Under the pieces are notes generated by a model. The model saw only the letters and a list, made by a program, of their open reading frames with translations, made no database searches and was not told the origin of the DNA. From positions 1-29,150 of the forward strand of contig JBFJCP010000042.1 in the NCBI GenBank assembly GCA_041615815.1: a stretch of 29,150 bases of DNA. Direction: 5' to 3'. Shown here piece by piece: positions 1 through 6,957 of this stretch. This DNA comes from Gemmatimonadales bacterium. Its GTDB lineage: Bacteria; Gemmatimonadota; Gemmatimonadetes; Gemmatimonadales; GWC2-71-9. Numbering within the stretch: position 1 is the first letter of the stretch; each line of letters starts with the position of its first letter. The position numbers and the translations under genes are program-made.

Positions 1-42
1 CATGAAAATGGCGCCAAACATTGCGGCTAGCCAGCTAAGCAT
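1..42 (-). CDS. 5' part of an ORF absent from the track (MLSWLAAMFGAIFM...), a hydrophobic putative small peptide or membrane/signal N-terminus; continues beyond the left edge
   Basis: On the minus strand, GGAAGGAGGT (60..51) lies 8 nt before ATG at 42. The frame is open for 14 codons to the window edge. Confidence 0.7.
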   Translation of the reverse strand, partial: MLSWLAAMFGAIFM

Positions 43-50
43 AACGCGTC

Positions 51-60
51 ACCTCCTTCC
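51..60 (-). promoter_or_regulatory. Strong Shine-Dalgarno GGAAGGAGGT(GA)
   Basis: Full anti-SD complement AAGGAGGTGA with optimal spacing to ATG at 42. Confidence 0.8.
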
Positions 61-229
61 CAGCAGCCGCTAAGCTGCGTCTCGAGAAGTGGCATACCTC
101 GCTATGGCATGCCCGAGGCTCCGCTCTTTCCTGCTGACCGATCCGCTCCGCTACGTCTGTGGACCGATGTGCGCCCTTCGAGGGCCCCCTTTTCCTCCTG
201 ATACAGTTGAGGTCCGTCTGCGGCACTTC

Positions 230-245
230 AGCAATAACCCTGCCG
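230..245 (-). promoter_or_regulatory. Putative sigma-54 (-24/-12) promoter CGGCAGGGTTATTGCT
   Basis: GG-N10-GC with the GGCA and TTGCT cores. It lies just downstream of a terminator and points at the ORF starting at 42. Confidence 0.6.
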
Positions 246-267
246 GGTCGACGGTCCTCGAGGATTG

Positions 268-292
268 AAAACCCCGTCGCTCCCGACGGGGT
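268..292 (-). terminator. Intrinsic terminator of the GGDEF/243-aa operon
   Basis: ACCCCGTCG-GGAG-CGACGGGGT perfect 9-bp stem running into a short T tract, 13 nt after the stop at 306. Confidence 0.7.
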
Positions 293-305
293 CGCTGCGG
301 TCTTC

Positions 306-1037
306 CTATTCTCGGTGTGACTGGACCCACCGATTGGTGGCGTCGAGCACGGCGAGCACGGCCGCCTGCTCCGGACTGTCCTTCGTGGCTGCCGTGCCTA
401 CGAGGAGGGTCGTCTGCCGGCCGTCCAGAACGTGCACTCCAGCCACCACCAACTCAGTGTCAAAAGCCTCGATAATCTTTACGCCTTCGAGCTCGAAAGT
501 AAAGGCTGAGAGCACTTTGTCTACTGCCGCAACAGTGGCTCTAGCTGCTCCCTGGAGCCGTGCCCGGGGGGTATCCGCCGTCTCCTCCTCCCCCTGAATC
601 TCCTGCCCGTCCACCACCAAAATGACCGAAAATCGGACCCTCCGGGGTGCCGTGGAGTGCATGTCCAGGCCCTGGAACACCACTCCCCGCCGGCGCGCCT
701 CCTCCCGGACCGCCGACCCCTCCAGCGCCTCGATCGGCTTTACGTCAGCCGTCTGGGCGACACTGATCTTACGGTGATCGACCTTCAAGCCCAAGTGGGC
801 AAGAAGCGCGCTCTCTACATTCCGGACGATCTGCTTGGGCGAGATGCCGCTCTGCGCCAGGACATGGATCTCGGTCACCTCGCCGATCGGGGACACCACG
901 ACCCGGGCGGACAGCACGCCCTGAAGGCTCGTCAGCAGGTTCTCAGCCCGTTTGACCCCCCACGGATCGGGCTTCGCACCCCCGCTCTCGACCGTCGCAG
1001 CCTTGGCGCGCTGAACTTCGGGTTCACTTGGTGTCAC
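306..1037 (-). CDS. Hypothetical cytoplasmic protein (243 aa), two domains; C-terminal half resembles a LeuA allosteric/dimerisation-like fold
   Basis: SD AAGGA before GTG, 12 nt after the upstream stop. The N-domain is GVLSARV...EIHVLA...SPKQIVRNVESAL...VDHRKISVAQ and the C-domain ends AAVLAVLDATNR. The fold call is from pattern resemblance only. Confidence 0.8.
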   Translation of the reverse strand: MTPSEPEVQRAKAATVESGGAKPDPWGVKRAENLLTSLQGVLSARVVVSPIGEVTEIHVLAQSGISPKQIVRNVESALLAHLGLKVDHRKISVAQTADVKPIEALEGSAVREEARRRGVVFQGLDMHSTAPRRVRFSVILVVDGQEIQGEEETADTPRARLQGAARATVAAVDKVLSAFTFELEGVKIIEAFDTELVVAGVHVLDGRQTTLLVGTAATKDSPEQAAVLAVLDATNRWVQSHRE

Positions 1038-1049
1038 GTCAGTGTCCTT

Positions 1050-2759
1050 TTAATCTGAGTCCCCGGCGAGCTGGAATCGCTCGGCCGACTCGACTCGGTT
1101 ACCCCCAGCCGCCTTCGCCCGGTAGAGTGCGCGATCGGCCGCCTCCAGGGCATCACCCTGGCTCGGGAACCGCGGGTCGTGACTCGCTGTCCCTACTGAC
1201 ACGGTCACTACACCGACACCGTACTCCAGCTCACGCCCCACCCGCTCGAGCGAATGCCGCACCACATCCCCCACCCGCCAGGCCCCCTCACCATCGGTTC
1301 GGAAGAGCACGATCACGAACTCATCACCACCGTAGCGAGCCGCGACGTCCGTCTTCCGGACGATCCGCTGCAGGTCCCCACCAATCGCCGCCAGGATCCG
1401 ATTGCCAGCCTCGTGCCCGTAGCGGTCATTGATGTCCTTGAATCGGTCCACGTCGATGAACACGATTCCAAACGGCTCCCCGGTCCGGGCGCTCCGCGCG
1501 ATCTCCTGCTGTATCCGGGCTCGGAGCACGCGGTAGCTCGCGAGGCCCGTCAACTCGTCAACCGCCACCTCTCGCTGCGCCTCCTCGGCCCGGCGCTCCT
1601 GGTACGGCGGACAGAGGCGCAGGGTCGCCCGCCCCCGCAGAAAAGCCTCTGCAAACTCGATGCACGAGTCGTAGCCGCAGGCCCCGCAGTCCCAATGGCT
1701 CCCGTCCTGAACGGTGCCAATCCGCCCAATGACCTCGTCGATCTCGGACTCCGTGGGCGGGTGGCCGTTGGCCAAATAGTCGAACGCCATCCGCACGTTC
1801 ACCCCCACCGCTGGGTCCAACACCGGTATCGGACTCCGAGGCGGCGCGGACTCCTCCGCCAGCTGCCGTCGCCAGAACAGCTCGTCCGACGGCCCCAACA
1901 TTGGATGGTCCAAGGAGCCCTCACCCGCGAGGATGTCCACGAAGCCGAGCTCCACACCGGCCGAGACGGCGCGCGCCACGGCCTCCAGGGCGTCCAGCCC
2001 CCGAACCTTGAGAAACCGGCGGCTCGTCATGGGCATCGCCTGCAGGATCTCGTACGGCAGACCCCCGGGGGCACTCCAGTGCCGCTGGTTCACTTCCGGA
2101 ATTCGCTCGTAGAACGGGGCCTGCTCTTCCACGGAGACACCGAGGGCGCGAAAGAGCTCACCCAATTCCTCGAACGTGATCGACGCTTCCACTCGCACGC
2201 CGCTCCCGACGTTACCGAGTCCGGCGTACACCAGGTGCACATCCGTACCATAGATCGCGCGAAGGTATTCCACTTCCGCGGCGAACGGCGTCTTCACGGG
2301 CGCGAGATGGGGAACCAGCTCGGGATAGCGCCGTCGGACACGCTCCACGACGACTGGGCACGTAGACCGGATCAGGGTCCCCCAGCTGGGATCGGCGAGC
2401 AACTCGCCGTACTCGCGAGCCACGAGCTCGTCGCCGATTACGCCGCGGTGCACGGCCCGATACCCCGCACGGTAACAGGCGTTGACCACCTGCTCCGGCG
2501 TCTTGGGGTAGAAATAGACCGGCGCTTCCGCCCCCAAGATGAGCACCGCCCCGCCGGTCCGTGCCAGCGTCAGGGCTCGTCCAAGGTCCCCGACGATATC
2601 GATCGCATCATGCGGGCATGCTGGCACGCACGCGCCTGCCCGAATGCAGGCGTCATCGACTATGCGAACGCTGTACCCGTCAACGGCAATGGCCTGCGCC
2701 GGGCATGCCCGCACACACGCGAGGCAGCTCACGCAGTTCTCGTTGACTTCAAATCGCAC
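1050..2759 (-). CDS. Diguanylate cyclase with N-terminal ferredoxin, degenerate [FeFe]-hydrogenase-like domain, FeS (CxxCx4C..C) domain and GGDEF domain
   Basis: CVSCLACVRACP and CIRAGACVPACP; IRSTCP...ITFEEL...FVDIL; DCGACGYDSC...LCPPY; DELTGL, FIDVDRFKDINDRYGH, RKTD I-site and RYGGDEF. Confidence 0.9.
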   Translation of the reverse strand: MRFEVNENCVSCLACVRACPAQAIAVDGYSVRIVDDACIRAGACVPACPHDAIDIVGDLGRALTLARTGGAVLILGAEAPVYFYPKTPEQVVNACYRAGYRAVHRGVIGDELVAREYGELLADPSWGTLIRSTCPVVVERVRRRYPELVPHLAPVKTPFAAEVEYLRAIYGTDVHLVYAGLGNVGSGVRVEASITFEELGELFRALGVSVEEQAPFYERIPEVNQRHWSAPGGLPYEILQAMPMTSRRFLKVRGLDALEAVARAVSAGVELGFVDILAGEGSLDHPMLGPSDELFWRRQLAEESAPPRSPIPVLDPAVGVNVRMAFDYLANGHPPTESEIDEVIGRIGTVQDGSHWDCGACGYDSCIEFAEAFLRGRATLRLCPPYQERRAEEAQREVAVDELTGLASYRVLRARIQQEIARSARTGEPFGIVFIDVDRFKDINDRYGHEAGNRILAAIGGDLQRIVRKTDVAARYGGDEFVIVLFRTDGEGAWRVGDVVRHSLERVGRELEYGVGVVTVSVGTASHDPRFPSQGDALEAADRALYRAKAAGGNRVESAERFQLAGDSD

Positions 2760-2809
2760 TAGACCAGCCAGCCGAGCGCGGAAGGCATGGAGGGCGTCGA
2801 TGCGAATTT

Positions 2810-2838
2810 ACTATGCCGCGCTTACGTGACAGTGTCAA
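2810..2838 (-). promoter_or_regulatory. Putative sigma-70 promoter of the cyclase operon
   Basis: TTGACA-N17-CATAGT; the -35 is embedded in the palindrome TGACA-G-TGTCA. Confidence 0.55.
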
Positions 2839-2859
2839 TGCCGAGAGATGGGTCTTCAC

Positions 2860-2875
2860 TGTGACCTCGGTCACA
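2860..2875. promoter_or_regulatory. CRP/FNR-family binding box TGTGA-CCTCGG-TCACA
   Basis: Perfect TGTGA-N6-TCACA in the divergent cyclase/htpX spacer. Confidence 0.65.
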
Positions 2876-2965
2876 CTTTCTCAGTTGTTCTATCATGAAT
2901 AAGTAAAAGCACCGCAGCATTGCCACCCCGTTGTGTAGCACGGGAGCGACACTGTATGATTCACC

Positions 2966-3799
2966 ATGCCTAACGGACTCAAAACCGCCATGCTCCTGGG
3001 CGGGCTGTCGGCGCTACTGCTGGCAATAGGCCAGTACGCCGGTGGTACCCAGGGCCTCGTTATCGCCTTCGTGCTTGCGATGGCGATGAACTTCTTTTCG
3101 TATTGGTTTGCGGACAAGCTCGTCCTCAAGATGTACCGGGCACAGCCGGTCGACGCAGACCACCGGCTCTATCAAATGGTGGCCCGCCTCGCCGGGCGAG
3201 CGGGTCTCCCCATGCCAACGGTGTACATCATCCCCAACGACTCCCCCAATGCCTTCGCGACGGGTCGAAATCCGGAGCACGCTGCGGTGGCGGCCACGGC
3301 GGGGATTCTCCGGTTGCTGAGCGACGAGGAGCTCGAAGGGGTGATGGCTCACGAGCTTGCTCATGTGCGGCATCGTGATATCCTCATCAGCTCGATTGCG
3401 GCCACCATCGCGGCCGCCATCATGTTCGTGGCGCGCATTGGCCTGTTCTTCGGCGGAGGAGGACGCGAGGGTCGCGGGGGAAATCCCATCGCACTCCTCG
3501 GCATGATGCTCCTGGCGCCGCTGGCGGCCGGGCTCATCCAAGCCGCCATCTCCCGCGCGCGCGAATTCGCCGCCGATCAGGGTGGAGCCGAGATCGCCGG
3601 CAAGCCGGACGGCCTGGCCAACGCCCTGCGAAAGATCGAGGCATCAGTCCGACAGCAGCCCCTTCCGGCGAACCCAGCCACTGCCCACATGTTCATCGTG
3701 AAGCCGTTTGCAGGCGGGGGCGTGTTGTCGCTGTTCCGCTCCCATCCGCCCACCGACGCACGGATTGCACGCTTGCTGGGCCGGGAGAGGCTCATGTAA
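2966..3799 (+). CDS. htpX: Zinc metalloprotease HtpX (M48)
   Basis: N-terminal TM helices, PNAFATGRNP, HELAH zinc motif, SRAREF and FRSHPP. Confidence 0.95.
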   Translation: MPNGLKTAMLLGGLSALLLAIGQYAGGTQGLVIAFVLAMAMNFFSYWFADKLVLKMYRAQPVDADHRLYQMVARLAGRAGLPMPTVYIIPNDSPNAFATGRNPEHAAVAATAGILRLLSDEELEGVMAHELAHVRHRDILISSIAATIAAAIMFVARIGLFFGGGGREGRGGNPIALLGMMLLAPLAAGLIQAAISRAREFAADQGGAEIAGKPDGLANALRKIEASVRQQPLPANPATAHMFIVKPFAGGGVLSLFRSHPPTDARIARLLGRERLM

Positions 3800-5318
3800 G
3801 GTCGTACTCCTTGATCTTTCGGTAAAGCGTCCGCTCGCCAATCCCCAGCTCCTCGGCCGCGCGCCGTCGGTTCCCCCTCGTTTCTCTGAGCGCCGCCTCG
3901 ATGGCGGCGCGCTCCACATCCGCCATTTTCATCCCCGGCCGATACACCACCTGGAACTCGTCCTCGTCGCGCGGGCGCTCTTCGTCACTGCGAAAGAGGG
4001 TGACGTCTTCGTACTCCACACCGCTGCGCCCCATGTCGATGACTTCCACCCGCTGGGGCGTCTCGTCGATCCGGCGCCGAAGATCCTCGATCTGCAGCTT
4101 GAGCTCGACAAGGCTCCGGAGAATGAACTCGAGCTCCTGACCTTGCACGTCCCGGGTGGCACCGGGAACGCGGACCGGTAGCAGACGGGTCCCACCCTCA
4201 CGAATGTCCGTCGGAATATCCGTGGCACGGATCTCACGACCGGGGGCCAGCACGACCATCGACTCGATGAGGTTGCGCAGCTGGCGCACGTTGCCGGGCC
4301 AGTGTGCATTCTCCAGAAGCTGCATGGCCTCTTCGGTAATGCCGCGGAACGGCCGGCTGTGCGCCTCACTCAGTTCGCGAATGAATCGCTTTACCAAGAG
4401 CCGGATGTCTGCTTTTCGCTCCCTGAGCGGTGGCAGATAGATGTAGAGAACATTGAGACGGAAAAAGAGATCGTCGCGAAACCGTCCAATCGCGACAAGT
4501 TCTTTGAGCGATTGATTGCTCGCCGCGATCACTCGCACGTTCACCCGGATCGGCTGGGTCCCGCCCACTCGAAAAAACGCCCGGCTTTCCAACACCCGCA
4601 GAAGCTTCACTTGGGTGGCGGGTGACATTTCGCCGACTTCATCGAGAAAGATGGTGCCGCCGTCGGCAAGCTCGAAGCGGCCCAGCCGACGTTCGGCGGC
4701 ACCGGTGAACGCTCCCTTCTCGTGACCAAAGAGCTCCGATTCGAGCAGCGTTTCAGGAATTGCCGCGCAGTTTACGGCAATGAAGGGCTCGTCACGGCGC
4801 GGTGAGAGCGTATGGATGGCCTGGGCCACGAGCTCTTTCCCGGTACCGGACTCACCCTCGATCAGGACGGTGCTGGACACGGGAGCGAGCTGCTCAACCT
4901 TGACCAAGACCTCCTGCAATGCCGGGCTCTCGCCTACAATCTTGGTCCGCTCCTGCAGTCGGCGGCGGTCGATGAGTCGGGACGCCGTGGCCACGACCTC
5001 CCGGGGCTCGACCGGCTTGCGCATCCAGGCGGTAAGGCCCATCTGCCGTGCCAGATGCGCCGGATCCGCCACGGTCGGCTCGATGAGGCCCAACGTCGAG
5101 ATCTCGCGCTCCCGGGCCAGATTGACGAGCATTTCGGCTCGATGGTCCGGAAGGGCTTCCGTGAGGATCACGACATCGGGCTCGGACTTTCGGAGCACGG
5201 TCTTCGAATCATCGAGAGACGAGACGAGCACGGTATCCACGCCAGCCGTTTCGAACGCGGCGTTGGCTTGCACCGCGATCTCGAGATCGTCCATCGTAAT
5301 AAGGACTCGCTCCGGCAT
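3792..5318 (-). CDS. Sigma-54-dependent Fis-family transcriptional activator with an atypical receiver domain
   Basis: Walker A GESGTGKE, ESELFGHEKGAFTGA, FLDEVGE, FRDDLFFRL, WPGNVRQL and C-terminal HTH AAEELGIGERTLYRK. Confidence 0.93.
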   Translation of the reverse strand: MPERVLITMDDLEIAVQANAAFETAGVDTVLVSSLDDSKTVLRKSEPDVVILTEALPDHRAEMLVNLAREREISTLGLIEPTVADPAHLARQMGLTAWMRKPVEPREVVATASRLIDRRRLQERTKIVGESPALQEVLVKVEQLAPVSSTVLIEGESGTGKELVAQAIHTLSPRRDEPFIAVNCAAIPETLLESELFGHEKGAFTGAAERRLGRFELADGGTIFLDEVGEMSPATQVKLLRVLESRAFFRVGGTQPIRVNVRVIAASNQSLKELVAIGRFRDDLFFRLNVLYIYLPPLRERKADIRLLVKRFIRELSEAHSRPFRGITEEAMQLLENAHWPGNVRQLRNLIESMVVLAPGREIRATDIPTDIREGGTRLLPVRVPGATRDVQGQELEFILRSLVELKLQIEDLRRRIDETPQRVEVIDMGRSGVEYEDVTLFRSDEERPRDEDEFQVVYRPGMKMADVERAAIEAALRETRGNRRRAAEELGIGERTLYRKIKEYDLT

Positions 5319-5812
5319 CAGTGATCCGTCGGTTCGCCACGGAGGAGTTGCACCGCGTGTTCTACGATCGTATCCAACACTGCCAATCCGTCGCGCACTC
5401 CTTCGGGACTCCCAGGAAGATTGACGATCAACGTTCTCGAACGACTGCCGGCGACGCCTCGCGAGAGATCCGTGCGAGGGAACCGGCTGCGGCTGGCCGC
5501 TCGAATGGCTTCGGCGATACCGGGGGCCTCGCGCTCCACGACCGCCCGTGTGGCCTCCGGGGTGACGTCGCGGGGTCCCAGGCCGGTCCCTCCGGTTGTG
5601 AGAATGAGATCCACCTCACCATCATCCGCCCATTGCGCCAGCACGCCGGCAATGCGGTCCGTCTCATCGGGCACGATCGCTCGGGCCGCCACGGAAAACC
5701 CTCGCCGAGCAGCCCACGACACAATCAGCTCTCCCGACGTGTCCTCACGCTCTCCCGCAGCGCCCAGGTCGGACGTCGTCAGCACTCCCGCGCGAATCGG
5801 CTGCCCACCCAT
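5318..5812 (-). CDS. mogA: Molybdopterin adenylyltransferase, MogA/MoaB family (start reassigned to ATG 5812)
   Basis: TSD...REDTSG, TTGGTGLGPRDVTPEAT and VNLPGSP. The longer track ORF overlaps gcvT. The stop overlaps the next ATG (TGATG). Confidence 0.88.
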   Translation of the reverse strand: MGGQPIRAGVLTTSDLGAAGEREDTSGELIVSWAARRGFSVAARAIVPDETDRIAGVLAQWADDGEVDLILTTGGTGLGPRDVTPEATRAVVEREAPGIAEAIRAASRSRFPRTDLSRGVAGSRSRTLIVNLPGSPEGVRDGLAVLDTIVEHAVQLLRGEPTDH

Positions 5813-5828
5813 ACACTCGTGCCCGACC

Positions 5829-6938
5829 CTACGATCGTTTGACGCTGCCGCCCTTGTAGAACGGCATCTTGACCACCTCGGCCACCACCCGCTTTCCCCG
5901 ACAGTCGATCTCCATGGTCGTTCCGGGTTCGACGGAGTGCGTGGGCAGGTACGTAGTCCCGATTGCTTGCTTGAGGGTCGGGCTGAACCCCCCACTGCGA
6001 ACCATGTCCACCTTACGGTCGTTGAGATGCACGGCGTAGCCGTGCCGTGGGATGGCACCTTTCTCTGGACACACGAACCCCACCAGACGACGCGTGGGAC
6101 CCTTGGCTTTGATCGCCTGCAACGCTCGCTGCCCGACGAAGGGAGCCCCCTTGTCCAGTTTGACGATCCATCCGAGCCGAGCCTCGTAGGGATTGATGGT
6201 CTCGTCGATATCGTTGCCGTAGAGGGCGTATCCCATCTCCAGACGAAGCGAGTCCCTGGCGCCGAGCCCCACCGGCTCGGCGCGTCCCGCACCCACCAGC
6301 GAGCGCCACATGACTTCGGCATGTGTGGACCGGAAGTACAACTCGAATCCATCCTCTCCGGTGTATCCGGTCCGAGAGATGAAGCACTGGACACCGGCCA
6401 CTTCTCCCACGCCGAAGTAGTAGTATCCGATGCTGCTGAGGTCGACGTTCGTCAGTGACTGCACGAGGGGCTCGCTCGCTGGCCCCTGTATCCCGAGGAG
6501 GGCTACCTCCTCCGAAATGTTCTTGATTCGAGCATTGATGCCCGACTTCTTCCCGACGATGTGCTGCCAATCCTTCTCGATGTTCGCTGCGTTGACGACG
6601 AGCATGACTTTATCGTCGAAGCGGTAGGCGAGGCAGTCGTCGACAAACGTCCCCTCGTCGTTCAGTAGCCCCGTATACTGCGCCTGACCGTCTTCGATGG
6701 CACCGAAGTCGTTGCATGTAAGGCGATTGACGAAAGCGTTGCGATCCGGTCCCGTGATTTCGAACTCCCCCATATGGGATAGATCGAATACGCCGACGCT
6801 CGTGCGCACGATCTCATGCTCGTTGGTGATCCCCGTGTACTGCACCGGCATCTCGAAGCCAGCGAAGGGAACCATCTTCGCACGGGCCTCGCGATGGAGA
6901 TCGTAAAAAGCCGTTCGCTTGAGCGCGTTTCCACTCAT
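5829..6938 (-). CDS. gcvT: Glycine cleavage system aminomethyltransferase T
   Basis: [33 protein letters not shown] and [13 protein letters not shown]. Confidence 0.97.
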   Translation of the reverse strand: MSGNALKRTAFYDLHREARAKMVPFAGFEMPVQYTGITNEHEIVRTSVGVFDLSHMGEFEITGPDRNAFVNRLTCNDFGAIEDGQAQYTGLLNDEGTFVDDCLAYRFDDKVMLVVNAANIEKDWQHIVGKKSGINARIKNISEEVALLGIQGPASEPLVQSLTNVDLSSIGYYYFGVGEVAGVQCFISRTGYTGEDGFELYFRSTHAEVMWRSLVGAGRAEPVGLGARDSLRLEMGYALYGNDIDETINPYEARLGWIVKLDKGAPFVGQRALQAIKAKGPTRRLVGFVCPEKGAIPRHGYAVHLNDRKVDMVRSGGFSPTLKQAIGTTYLPTHSVEPGTTMEIDCRGKRVVAEVVKMPFYKGGSVKRS

Positions 6939-6957
6939 GAAAACTCTTCCTTTCCAC

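Noticed and set aside
88..150. c-di-GMP-I riboswitch in the leader (GCCTCG...ATAGCGAGGT resembles its 3' stem)
   Set aside because: The GGCAAAC...GAAA...GACGCAAA first hairpin and the tetraloop receptor are not recognisable. A covariance search would be needed.
35..226. Track ORF of 63 aa in the leader
   Set aside because: It starts upstream of the predicted +1, has no SD, and overlaps the much better supported SD/ATG at 42.
1050..2759. Functional H2-evolving or H2-sensing [FeFe]-hydrogenase, or a pseudogene
   Set aside because: The H-cluster Cys ligands are missing, yet the frame, Fe-S motifs and GGDEF site are intact.
1254..2762. Long plus-strand ORFs (also 5421..6458, 13539..14753, 17412..18884, 27343..28227)
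   Set aside because: Antisense shadows of well-supported genes in GC-rich DNA, with no recognisable motifs.
5813..6394. N-terminal extension of mogA in the track (likewise trmFO 12394..12576 and topA 14715..14810)
   Set aside because: The extensions overlap upstream genes or leaders; family motifs begin at the downstream starts.
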